Shown one piece after another: positions 29,177-37,652 of a stretch of 64,000 bases of DNA (position 1 is the first letter of the stretch; every line of letters begins with the position of its first letter). Source of the stretch: Alphaproteobacteria bacterium (GTDB lineage: Bacteria > Pseudomonadota > Alphaproteobacteria > Rhizobiales > CAJQND01); contig JAAEUE010000303.1 of assembly GCA_024227565.1 (NCBI GenBank), forward strand, positions 5,292 through 69,291. Direction: 5' to 3'. Position numbers and translations under genes: made by a program. The notes beneath the pieces were generated by a model. It did not search any database. It was not told the origin of the DNA and worked only from the letters and a program-made list of their open reading frames with translations.

Positions 29177-31186
29177 ATGGCTGTTTCAACTAAACCTCTG
29201 TCCCTCCTGCTTGCCGTTGCTGCAGCAACCTTTGTTGCGGCCCCGGCGGCCCAAGCCCAGTCCACGAAGTTTCCGGTTGAAGCCGGCTCGTGGGGCGGCA
29301 AGGTGCGCACCGGACCTGGCTCCAGCTTCAAGCAAGTGGCAGGTTTGAAGGAAGGCGACACCGTCACCATTCTCGAAGACACCGGGGTCAAGATGAACGG
29401 CTTTCCCTGGTTTAAGATCGAGTTCGGCGACGGCAAAACCGGTTACAAATGGGGCGGGGTCTTATGTTCGCGCCAAACCGCGGTGAAGGGGACCTTCCGG
29501 CAGTGCGAGGGCTTTGTGGCCGTCGAGCAGGCGGAACCCGCTGAGGCAGAGCCTGCAAAAAAAGCCGAGCCTGCAGAAGAACCCAAAGTCGCTGCAGACG
29601 ATACGGCAGCTGCGGAAGCTAAGGATGAAGATCAGCCCAGAGTGATCACTGTGGTGCCTGATGCGACGGAAGAAGCCAAACCGGACGACCAGACCCAGGT
29701 TGCCGCGGACAACACACCTCCGGCCAAACCTGAAGCCGAACCCGAGCAAAAGGCAAACGATGACCAGGGAATGAAATGGGCCTACGCCAAATTCAAAGAC
29801 GACAACAACAAAGGCCGGACCGCGTCCACCCTCACATTCGGCGTGCCGGAAACCGACAATGTGCTGCTGCAGGGCTACTGTGCGGAAGGCTTTAAGGGGA
29901 ACGTCTCGGTTCTGCGGCTTGGGTCTGAAACCGGAGATCTGGCAGATTCCACCGAGGTCAAGGTGGTGTTCTCAGCCGACAATAAATCACACCCGTTTGA
30001 CGGCACGGTGATCAGCCCGTCGTCAGAAGAATCCATCACCGGTGCACGCATCACCGTGAAGAACGATGACAGTCTTTGGGAAACTCTCCAGGAAGTCTCC
30101 GACGTCGACTACCAGGTGAACCAGTTCAAGTCCGTCTCCGTCTCGCTCGCCGACGCCAACGAAGCGGTCGGCAGTTTTCTCGCAGATTGCGCCAGCTACG
30201 CCGGCAAGTTCGATGAGGAGCCCAGCGCGGCGACCGTTGCTGAAGATCCACCGGCCACGCCCAAGCCACTGAACGACAAGGAAGCCTTTGACAGCGCCAA
30301 AGAACTCGACACCCTGGAAGCCTGGCAGGCGTACCTGCGGAACTTCCCGGAAGGCTTCAGATCAGATCTCGCCCGCGCCTATGTAAAGCGCCTTAAAGGC
30401 GGAGACACCGCTGAGGCAGAGCCAACAGAGGAAACCGTCAACCTGGGCCCAGGCAGGGCAAGCTGGCGCCCCTTCAAGTATAAGCAGGACGAAGGTAATG
30501 CATCGTCGCCTGCAGCAGCCGTCGAAGCAAACGGCCTTGAGTTCCTGGCCTATTGCGGCGCCAACAAGCGCGTCTCCACAATTTTGCGGGAGAAGAAACA
30601 GGGCGTCTACCCAGACTTCAGCGGGCGCGTAGAACGCGGCCTCAAGGCAATTGAGGCAAACGGATCTTCCGTGCCCCTTAGCTTCGACACCGGCAGCAAC
30701 CATTCGGTTCCTGCAACCGTCTTTGGCCTTACCGGCGAAGTGGCGATTGGCGACACTGCCAAGGGCTTTTCGGGCAAAGGCCGTTTCGTCCGAGACCTTA
30801 TGAGTGCCAACCAGTTCACCGTTTCTGCGCCACCGTTCGCAGCTTCATTCCAGCTGAAGGGGTCACGCCGCGCATTGTGCAGCATGCTCAAGAGCTGCGA
30901 CGTGAAGTCGGCCGACTGCGCGCGTTATGAGGCGCCCAAAACGGTCAACATCAAGCCGCGGGTAAGAGAGCAACCGCCACGCCGGGAACGGCGCCGGTCG
31001 CGGTGTCCACGCCGCTATGTGTGGTTGGAAGGCGAATGCGTCCACCGCCGTTTCGTTGCCGAGTATTGCGGGCCAGGATACCACCGCCGAGGCAGCCGTT
31101 GCGTACGGCGGCGCTACAGAGCGCCCAGCTACGATGCGTGCCCACCAGGGTTCTTCCTGGAATTCGGGCGATGCGTGCCGTTCTAA
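29177..31186 (+). CDS. secreted protein: SH3b domain, acidic linker, unknown central region, Arg/Cys-rich C-terminal repeats
   Basis: AAGGA RBS 6 nt before the ATG at 29177. Signal peptide ...AAPAAQAQ. SH3b-like GGKVRTGPGSSFKQVAGLKEGDTVTILEDTG..WFKIEF. Linker AEPAEAEPAKKAEPAEEPK. The tail has three C-x2-G/R-[YF]-x4-5-G-x-C-V units. Confidence 0.6.
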   Translation: MAVSTKPLSLLLAVAAATFVAAPAAQAQSTKFPVEAGSWGGKVRTGPGSSFKQVAGLKEGDTVTILEDTGVKMNGFPWFKIEFGDGKTGYKWGGVLCSRQTAVKGTFRQCEGFVAVEQAEPAEAEPAKKAEPAEEPKVAADDTAAAEAKDEDQPRVITVVPDATEEAKPDDQTQVAADNTPPAKPEAEPEQKANDDQGMKWAYAKFKDDNNKGRTASTLTFGVPETDNVLLQGYCAEGFKGNVSVLRLGSETGDLADSTEVKVVFSADNKSHPFDGTVISPSSEESITGARITVKNDDSLWETLQEVSDVDYQVNQFKSVSVSLADANEAVGSFLADCASYAGKFDEEPSAATVAEDPPATPKPLNDKEAFDSAKELDTLEAWQAYLRNFPEGFRSDLARAYVKRLKGGDTAEAEPTEETVNLGPGRASWRPFKYKQDEGNASSPAAAVEANGLEFLAYCGANKRVSTILREKKQGVYPDFSGRVERGLKAIEANGSSVPLSFDTGSNHSVPATVFGLTGEVAIGDTAKGFSGKGRFVRDLMSANQFTVSAPPFAASFQLKGSRRALCSMLKSCDVKSADCARYEAPKTVNIKPRVREQPPRRERRRSRCPRRYVWLEGECVHRRFVAEYCGPGYHRRGSRCVRRRYRAPSYDACPPGFFLEFGRCVPF

Positions 31187-31228
31187 CGGGCGACCGGTTG
31201 GAGCTAAACCTCTCTCAAAGCCCTCATG

Positions 31229-31269
31229 CCGGGTACCGAACAAAGATAAAGCCCCACAGCGGTACCCGG
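31229..31269. repeat. perfect 10-bp inverted repeat between convergent genes
   Basis: CCGGGTACCG (31229-31238) and CGGTACCCGG (31260-31269) with a 21-nt spacer and no T tract. Possible weak terminator or protein-binding site. Confidence 0.5.
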
Positions 31270-31425
31270 CAGTTGTCCCGCTTCAGCGCGCCAATAATCC
31301 AACGCTTACGTTCCGGAAGCGTAACGTTATAAGTTCAGCAAAATCAAAACTTTGCAACGAGTTGGGTTCGTTTGGCAGTTTTTTGCACGAAACACAAATA
31401 CAACCTGATGCACGAAACACGTGCA

Positions 31426-32517
31426 TTACCCGCCAAGCGCTTCCTTCACCTTGCCGGTGACCTCTCGCAGGCCGGCATTTCCGCCCATTTCATGCGGGAT
31501 CAAATCGCCCCCGGAAAAGGCCGTGCGTACCGCCTTGTCGAGCACTTGCCCAGCCTCGACCAGCTTTTCAGAGCTGTGCCGCTCACCCAGCCAGTCCAGC
31601 ATCATGGCGGCAGACAGGATCATCGCCGTGGGATTGGCCTTGCCGGTTCCCATGATGTCCGGCGCGGTGCCGTGACAGGGCTGGAACACCGCGTGCTTGT
31701 CGCCAATGTCGGCCGACGGAGCCAGGCCCATGCCGCCCATCAGGGCTGCACCGGCATCCGACAGAATGTCGCCGAACATGTTCTCGGTCACCAGCACATC
31801 ATTGTCCCAAGGGTTGCGGATAAGCTTCAGCGCCATGGCGTCCACATAGCAATAGTCCGCCGTGATATCGCTGTAGCCCTCGGCACAACCGTCGAACACT
31901 TCACGGAAAAACGCCATGCTGCCCAGAACATTTGCCTTGTCGACGCACGTGACGCGCCCTTCATGGCCTTGCGCCTTGCGGCGCTTGGCAAGATCGAAGG
32001 CAAACTTGCAGACCCGCTCGGTGCCCATCCGGGTGATCACCATCTTGTCGTGGGCTTCATCTTTGTCGATGAAAGACTTTCCTCGGCCCCAGAACAGGCC
32101 TTCGGTGGATTCGCGGATCAACACCAGATCAAGATTGTGGGCCCGCTCATCCGCCAACGGCAGGGGCATGCCTGGGAAGGTTTTGACCGGCCTGACGCCG
32201 GCATAAAGATCAAGGATCTCACGGATATCGATTTGCGGAACGATTTCCCGGCCGTCGGGATAGCGCACATCCGGCAGGCCCATGGCCGCCAGCAATATCG
32301 CATCGGCATCAGTGGCCCGCTTTATGGCCGCGTCCGGAAGAGCCTCCCCGGTCCTGGCATAGAGCCCCGCCCCTGCTTCAACCCAATCATACCCAAGCGC
32401 AAATCCGCCCACCTTGGAGCGCACCATCTCCAACAGCTCAAGGCACGGAGCCATGATTTCCTCGCCAATGCCGTCTCCAGGCATAACGGCGATACGCAGT
32501 TCATTCGAAATGGCCAT
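31426..32517 (-). CDS. isocitrate/isopropylmalate dehydrogenase family oxidoreductase (tartrate/D-malate dehydrogenase-like)
   Basis: 363 aa. RIAVMPGDGIGEEI, LYAGVRPVK, LIRESTEGLF, NMFGDILSD. Confidence 0.8.
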   Translation of the reverse strand: MAISNELRIAVMPGDGIGEEIMAPCLELLEMVRSKVGGFALGYDWVEAGAGLYARTGEALPDAAIKRATDADAILLAAMGLPDVRYPDGREIVPQIDIREILDLYAGVRPVKTFPGMPLPLADERAHNLDLVLIRESTEGLFWGRGKSFIDKDEAHDKMVITRMGTERVCKFAFDLAKRRKAQGHEGRVTCVDKANVLGSMAFFREVFDGCAEGYSDITADYCYVDAMALKLIRNPWDNDVLVTENMFGDILSDAGAALMGGMGLAPSADIGDKHAVFQPCHGTAPDIMGTGKANPTAMILSAAMMLDWLGERHSSEKLVEAGQVLDKAVRTAFSGGDLIPHEMGGNAGLREVTGKVKEALGG

Positions 32518-32525
32518 ACAAAACC

Positions 32526-32819
32526 TCAGGAAGGATAAGAACGGTGATAGCAGGCAACCTGTTTAGCCGTCACAAGATCGATCACGTCCGCATCGAACTG
32601 CTTGAAATGATCCGACGCCAGGTGCCCCTTGAAGGCCGCCTCGTCGCTGTAAAGCTCATAGAGGAAGACGATGGCCGCGTCCTCCGGGTCCTGACACACG
32701 TCGAACTGATGGCAACCTGGCTCCAGCGCAACGGAGTTCTTTGCTTGGGCCTGCATCAGCGGCATAAAGGCCTCGGCTGCACCCGCTGCCAGGGTGAATT
32801 TCACGGTCACGACAAACAT
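32526..32819 (-). CDS. antibiotic-biosynthesis-monooxygenase (ABM) fold protein, YgiN-like
   Basis: 97 aa. MFVVTVKFTL...EPGCHQFDVCQDPEDAAIVFLYELYSDEAAFKGHLASDHFKQF. Confidence 0.7.
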   Translation of the reverse strand: MFVVTVKFTLAAGAAEAFMPLMQAQAKNSVALEPGCHQFDVCQDPEDAAIVFLYELYSDEAAFKGHLASDHFKQFDADVIDLVTAKQVACYHRSYPS

Positions 32820-32837
32820 TTATCGACGATATCTCAT

Positions 32838-33470
32838 TCAGGTGGGAAAGGCTTGGTGCAGGTCTGCGATTTGCTCATGATTGAGTGGCCGAAACTCTCG
32901 TCCATCCAACAGAAGATAGAGCTTGGCGGTTTCCTCAAGCTCTTCGGCTGAATAGACCGCAGCGTCAAGGGCCTTTGCGGAAACTATAGGCCCATGGTTA
33001 GCCAAAAGCATCGCATGGTGCTCCCGGGCATACTTACGCACCGCATCGGCTAGCGCTTTATCCCCGGGACGGAAATACGGCACCAGCGGCAGCTTGCCGA
33101 TTCGCATCACGTAATAGGCTGTGATCGGCGGCAGAACGTTCTCCCGATCAATCCCCTCAAGGCAGGAAACGGCAACCGAATGGGTTGAGTGCAGATGAAC
33201 GATGGAGCGGTCGTCTCTCCGCTCTTCGTACATGGCAAGGTGAAAGAACGTTTCCTTGGACGGCGCATCCCCAGACAGGTGCGTGCCATCAAACGCTACT
33301 TTGGAGATGCGTTCCGGGTCCAAGAACCCCATGCACGAGTTGGTGGGCGTCACCAGAATGCCGTCATCCACCTTAACGGAAATGTTGCCGGACGCCCCGC
33401 AACCATAGCCCCGCATGAACAAGGAGCGGCCAAACTGGGCGATCTGATCTCGCAGCTTCGTCTCGCTCAT
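32838..33470 (-). CDS. otnC: class II aldolase/adducin family protein, 3-oxo-tetronate 4-phosphate decarboxylase-like
   Basis: 210 aa. GASGNISVKV..ILVTPTNS, SKETFFHLAMY and IVHLHSTHSVAVS His cluster. Adjacent to, and overlapped by, a DUF1537 kinase gene. Confidence 0.7.
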   Translation of the reverse strand: MSETKLRDQIAQFGRSLFMRGYGCGASGNISVKVDDGILVTPTNSCMGFLDPERISKVAFDGTHLSGDAPSKETFFHLAMYEERRDDRSIVHLHSTHSVAVSCLEGIDRENVLPPITAYYVMRIGKLPLVPYFRPGDKALADAVRKYAREHHAMLLANHGPIVSAKALDAAVYSAEELEETAKLYLLLDGREFRPLNHEQIADLHQAFPT

Positions 33471-34789
33471 GCCGCGTCCGCCGTTTGGGTCAACACATCA
33501 AAGGCCTTGGCAAAAAAATTTGGGCCGCCAAAATTGCCCGATTTCAGTGCCAGCGCCAGGTTGGGCTCCCCCAGCGCAAGCGTCCACGGAACGCCAGGGT
33601 CAATTTCCGGGCCAATGGCCAGCGTGTCCAGGCCCAGCGCAGTCACAACAGCGCCGGAGGTTTCGCCGCCGGCCACCACCAACCGGTTCACACCGCCCGC
33701 CACAAGCTGGCGGGCAATTTCACCCATGGCGCCTTCGATCACCTGGCTTGCCTTGTCCTGGCCAAGCCGGGCCTGAACTGCCGCCAGTTCATCCGGCGGT
33801 GCGGTTGAGTAAATCAAAGCAGGGCCGTTTGAGCGGTGCGACACCACGAACGCAACGGCCTTCTCAATTTCCTTTTCTGCATTCTCGGCCAATGCGGCCG
33901 GGCTCAATGCATGAACAGGGTTGGATTTTGCCATCTCGGCCACCTGCCCGTTCGTGGCTTGCGAACAGCTTCCGGAGATCACCACGCCATAGCCGGCTTG
34001 CGGCCAGGCCAGCGGCGCACGCGAGGCAACCAACTGTCCGTTCCGCCGGAAAAGGTCCGGCAAACCCACGGCGAGACCTGAACCGCCGGTTATCAGTGGC
34101 AGGCGCGCTGAGCCTTGGGCCAGAGTGTGCAGATCAGCCTCTGCAATCGCATCGGCAATGGCAAGATGAAGCCCCTCTGCACGCAGTTCGTCGATGCGCT
34201 GGGCAACGGCTTGTCCGCCAGCATGCACATGAGCTGCACTGATCAGCCCCACGTCAGCAACGGTTTGCCGGCCGAGCACTTGCACCAGATTGGCATCCGT
34301 CATCGGTGTGATCGGATGGTTGCGCATGCCCGTTTCAGACAGCAGCACGCCGTTCATAAACAAATGGCCCTGATACACCGTGCGGCCATTCTCCGGCGCC
34401 GCTGGACAGGCAATCGTGAAATCTGCCCCCAAGGCCGCCATCATCGCTTCTGCCACAGGGCCGATGTTGCCCGCGTCGGTGGAATCGAAGGTGGAGCAAT
34501 ATTTGAAAAAGAACTTTCGGCAGTCCTGAGCCTGCAGCCAGGCGAGCGCCTGCAAGGATTGCGCAACCGCATCGGCGACCGGAATCGATCTGCTTTTCAA
34601 GGCCACGACAACCGCATCTGCGCCCGCAACATGCTCTACTGCCTCATTGGTGAGCGCGCCAAGACCATTGAGCTGCACACACGACATACCGCCGCGCGTC
34701 AGCACGTTGGCGAGATCGGTCGCCCCGGTGAAATCGTCGGCAACACAGCCCAAAAGCAAAGTTTTCCCCTCCACACTTGAGCGGCGCAT
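33467..34789 (-). CDS. otnK: four-carbon acid sugar kinase (DUF1537), 3-oxo-tetronate kinase-like
   Basis: 440 aa from the ATG at 34787-34789. LLGCVADDFTGATDLANVL N-terminus. ATGA overlap with the otnC-like gene. The track ORF extends a further 150 codons upstream, which I do not believe. Confidence 0.7.
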   Translation of the reverse strand: MRRSSVEGKTLLLGCVADDFTGATDLANVLTRGGMSCVQLNGLGALTNEAVEHVAGADAVVVALKSRSIPVADAVAQSLQALAWLQAQDCRKFFFKYCSTFDSTDAGNIGPVAEAMMAALGADFTIACPAAPENGRTVYQGHLFMNGVLLSETGMRNHPITPMTDANLVQVLGRQTVADVGLISAAHVHAGGQAVAQRIDELRAEGLHLAIADAIAEADLHTLAQGSARLPLITGGSGLAVGLPDLFRRNGQLVASRAPLAWPQAGYGVVISGSCSQATNGQVAEMAKSNPVHALSPAALAENAEKEIEKAVAFVVSHRSNGPALIYSTAPPDELAAVQARLGQDKASQVIEGAMGEIARQLVAGGVNRLVVAGGETSGAVVTALGLDTLAIGPEIDPGVPWTLALGEPNLALALKSGNFGGPNFFAKAFDVLTQTADAA

Positions 34790-34894
34790 GCTAAGTCGTG
34801 CACATGATTGGCGCAAGCGTGGCTCTGGCCTTTCCGCGGGTATTTCACACAACGGGCCGGCAACAACCAAAACGAACAAAAACAGGATGTGCTG

Positions 34895-35851
34895 ATGATC
34901 CCTCTTGATGCTCTGTCTTTCGTGGGCGAGGGGCTGCAGCGGCCCGAATGCGTGCTGACCCTGCCGGACGGAAGCCTGCATGTTGCCGACTGGCGCGGCG
35001 GCGTGACCATCATCCAGCCCGACGGAACCCAGCGCTCGATCTTGGCCAAAGGCGACTTCACGCCTAAGCCCAATGGCATCGCGCTTCATCCAGACGGCGG
35101 CTGGCTGCTCGCCCACCTTGGGGCTGTCGATGGCGGGGTCTACCACATGGCGGCAGACGGCACGATCAAGCCTTATCTGCTGGAGGTGGACGGCACGCCT
35201 CTGCCCCCGACGAACTATGTGCACGTGGATGCAAGCCACCGGGTGTGGATCACGGTCTCAACGCGCATACAGCCGCGCGGGGACGATTACCGGCCAACCG
35301 CCTCCACAGGCTTCATCGTGTTGGTGGACGCCGCGGGCGCCCGCACCGTTGCCGATGGCCTGGGCTACACCAACGAGTGCCTGATCCATCCTGAGACCGG
35401 GCACCTCTACGTCAACGAAACCTTCACCCGGCGCTCGGTCCGGTTTGATGTGGCCGCCGACGGTGCGCTCTCAAACAAACAGGCCATCACCAAGTATGGC
35501 GCAGGCACATTTCCCGACGGTCTGACGTTCGATGCTGACGGCGGGTTCTGGATCACCTCCATCGTCTCCAACCGGGTGATACGTGTCGACCGCGACGGCA
35601 ACCAGGAACTGATGATGCAGGATTGCGACTTCGCCTTTCTCGATTGGGTGGAGGAGGCCTTCCAGGCCTGCACCATGGGGCGGCCCCATCTGGACGACAA
35701 CAAGGGCAAGGTGCTGCGCAACATCTCCAGCCTGGCCTTTGGCGGCTCTGATCTGCGCACGGCTTATCTGGGGTGTCTTCTGGGCGACCAGATCGCCAAG
35801 TTCGACGCCCCGTGTGCCGGCCTTACCCCCAGCCATTGGAGCTTCTCATGA
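34895..35851 (+). CDS. SMP-30/gluconolactonase/LRE family protein
   Basis: About 318 aa. GEGLQRPECVLTLPDGSLHVADW, PNGIALHPDG, YTNECLIHPETGHLYVNET, FPDGLTFDADGGFWITS. Confidence 0.75.
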   Translation: MIPLDALSFVGEGLQRPECVLTLPDGSLHVADWRGGVTIIQPDGTQRSILAKGDFTPKPNGIALHPDGGWLLAHLGAVDGGVYHMAADGTIKPYLLEVDGTPLPPTNYVHVDASHRVWITVSTRIQPRGDDYRPTASTGFIVLVDAAGARTVADGLGYTNECLIHPETGHLYVNETFTRRSVRFDVAADGALSNKQAITKYGAGTFPDGLTFDADGGFWITSIVSNRVIRVDRDGNQELMMQDCDFAFLDWVEEAFQACTMGRPHLDDNKGKVLRNISSLAFGGSDLRTAYLGCLLGDQIAKFDAPCAGLTPSHWSFS

Positions 35852-36870
35852 GCCAGCTCAAAGTTGCCTGCGCTGGAACAGGCTATTTCGCTCAGTTTCA
35901 TTACGATGGCTGGTCGCGTCTGCCGGTGGATCTTGTGGGCTGCTGCTCCCTGGACGATGCGGCGCGCGCCGAGGTGGCGGGCACATATCAGATCCCAGGA
36001 TCGTACAGCGACTTTGAGATCATGCTGGACGAGACCAAGCCTGATCTGGTTGACATCATAACCCCGCCGCCCACCCACAAGGCCTTCGTCACCGCTGCCA
36101 TGGCACGGGGCATCCCGGTGATTTGCCAGAAGCCCCTCTGCACTTCCCTGGCAGAAGCTGAAGCGCTGGCCGCTGACATCGCCAAGGCCGGTGCCACCGT
36201 CATTGTTCACGAGAATTTCCGCTTCCAACCTTGGCATTTGGAACTGAAGCGCCTGATCGACCAAGGCCTCGTTGGCGAAATTTACCAGGTCTCCTTCCGT
36301 CTGCGCCCAGGTGACGGGCAAGGCCCGGATGCCTACCTCAGCCGCCAGCCCTATTTCCAGAAGATGCCGCGCTTTCTGGTGCACGAAACCGCCATCCACC
36401 TGATTGACGTGTTCCGCTACTTCCTGGGCGAGGTGACCCAGGTGACCGCCGAATTGCGCCAGCTAAATCCGGTCATATCCGGTGAGGATGCCGGCATCAT
36501 CATCTTCGATTTTGAAGACGGCCGCCGCGGTCTGTTCGACGGCAACCGGTTGTCGGACCATGTGGCTGAGAACCGGCGGCTAACCATTGGCGAAATGCTG
36601 ATCGAGGGCGCGCAAGGCACGCTGAACCTGAACGGTGATGGGGAAATCCAATTCCGCAAGCACGGAGAGAATGTTTGGCAACCCCATGCCTATTCGTGGG
36701 AAAACGCTGGCTTTGCCGGCGACAGCGTCTACCGATTGCAAGCCCATGTGTTGGACCACCTGATCGCGGGGACACAGGTTCACAATACGGCTGCCGATTA
36801 TCTGATAAACCTGCAAATCGAAGATGCAGTTTACCGGTCGTCGGACCAGGGCCGGCGCATCTTGTTGTAG
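35848..36870 (+). CDS. Gfo/Idh/MocA family oxidoreductase
   Basis: MSQLKVACAGTGYFAQFH Rossmann N-terminus, VDIITPPPTHKAF, VICQKPL. ATGA overlap with the lactonase-family gene. Confidence 0.8.
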   Translation: MSQLKVACAGTGYFAQFHYDGWSRLPVDLVGCCSLDDAARAEVAGTYQIPGSYSDFEIMLDETKPDLVDIITPPPTHKAFVTAAMARGIPVICQKPLCTSLAEAEALAADIAKAGATVIVHENFRFQPWHLELKRLIDQGLVGEIYQVSFRLRPGDGQGPDAYLSRQPYFQKMPRFLVHETAIHLIDVFRYFLGEVTQVTAELRQLNPVISGEDAGIIIFDFEDGRRGLFDGNRLSDHVAENRRLTIGEMLIEGAQGTLNLNGDGEIQFRKHGENVWQPHAYSWENAGFAGDSVYRLQAHVLDHLIAGTQVHNTAADYLINLQIEDAVYRSSDQGRRILL

Positions 36871-36904
36871 CCGGCGATGCCGATATCCAGATGAGCGATT
36901 GAAC

Positions 36905-37639
36905 GTGACCAAGACATCATCACATGGACCCAAGCGGGTCGGTTTCATCGAAATGATGGGCGTGCCAGGCAGTTATGATGCCACGGTCTATGATCACTTG
37001 GAGGACAAAGATAAAGAAGGCGTCTGGTTCCAGAAGCGGTTTGGACACGTTGATGGGATCGCCATCAATACGCACAACGTGTGTATTGGCGAGCGGCTGC
37101 CGGAGGTGGAAGACGTTGATGGTTTGGTGCTGGCTGGCAGTTACAACTCGGTACACGACCACACGCCCTGGCAGCACCAGGTGCGCGCCTGGCTGCCGGT
37201 CATGCGCACTTCCAAAGTTCCTATCCTGGCAATTTGCGGATCCCATCAATTGCTTGCGAACATGCTGGGAACTGATGTGGAGGTTTTGGCTGACGGTCCC
37301 TACGCCGGAACGTTCCCGGTCCGCCTCACCGAAGCCGGCAAGGTCTCCCCGCTCACCGCGTCAATCGCCGACGGGGCGTGCTTCCAATTTGCCAACACTG
37401 AGCACGTGGTCACGGTGCCGCAAGGTTCAGTGCTGCTGGCTGACAGCGGCAGGGTTCCGGTCGCGGCGCTCGATTTTGGAGATCACTGCTATTCTGTGCA
37501 GTTTCACCCCGAAGGGACCTACGAAACTCTAGGCACCGTATGGAAAAACAAGGCGCCGGACCTGATGAACAACTATCACGACCGTGAAGCTGGCGATCAG
37601 CTGGTTGAAAACTTCCTGCACCTGGTGGCAAAACGCTGA
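36905..37639 (+). CDS. class I glutamine amidotransferase-like protein
   Basis: Nucleophile elbow ILAICGSHQLL and YSVQFHPE His/Glu. The start is uncertain (GTG at 36905 or the Met pair near 36953; the track ORF starts at 36824). Confidence 0.6.
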   Translation: MTKTSSHGPKRVGFIEMMGVPGSYDATVYDHLEDKDKEGVWFQKRFGHVDGIAINTHNVCIGERLPEVEDVDGLVLAGSYNSVHDHTPWQHQVRAWLPVMRTSKVPILAICGSHQLLANMLGTDVEVLADGPYAGTFPVRLTEAGKVSPLTASIADGACFQFANTEHVVTVPQGSVLLADSGRVPVAALDFGDHCYSVQFHPEGTYETLGTVWKNKAPDLMNNYHDREAGDQLVENFLHLVAKR

Positions 37640-37652
37640 ACCGGAGATTGCT

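Noticed and set aside
29520-29760. Repetitive GCC/GAG/CCT-rich DNA that could be mistaken for a tandem repeat or array
   Set aside because: It is in-frame coding low complexity (the AEPAEAEPAKKAEPAEEPK... linker of the SH3b protein). There is no fixed repeat unit or spacer structure.
31372-32538. 388-aa ORF antisense to the IPMDH-family gene
   Set aside because: The minus-strand product carries unmistakable isocitrate/isopropylmalate dehydrogenase motifs. The plus-strand product is Arg/His/Gly-rich with no recognisable motifs.
34790-35239. 150-codon N-terminal extension of the DUF1537 kinase ORF (track ORF 33467..35239)
   Set aside because: The extension has no kinase-like sequence and overlaps the divergent lactonase-family gene. 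The conserved kinase N-terminus (LLGCVADDFTGATD) begins right after the internal ATG at 34789.
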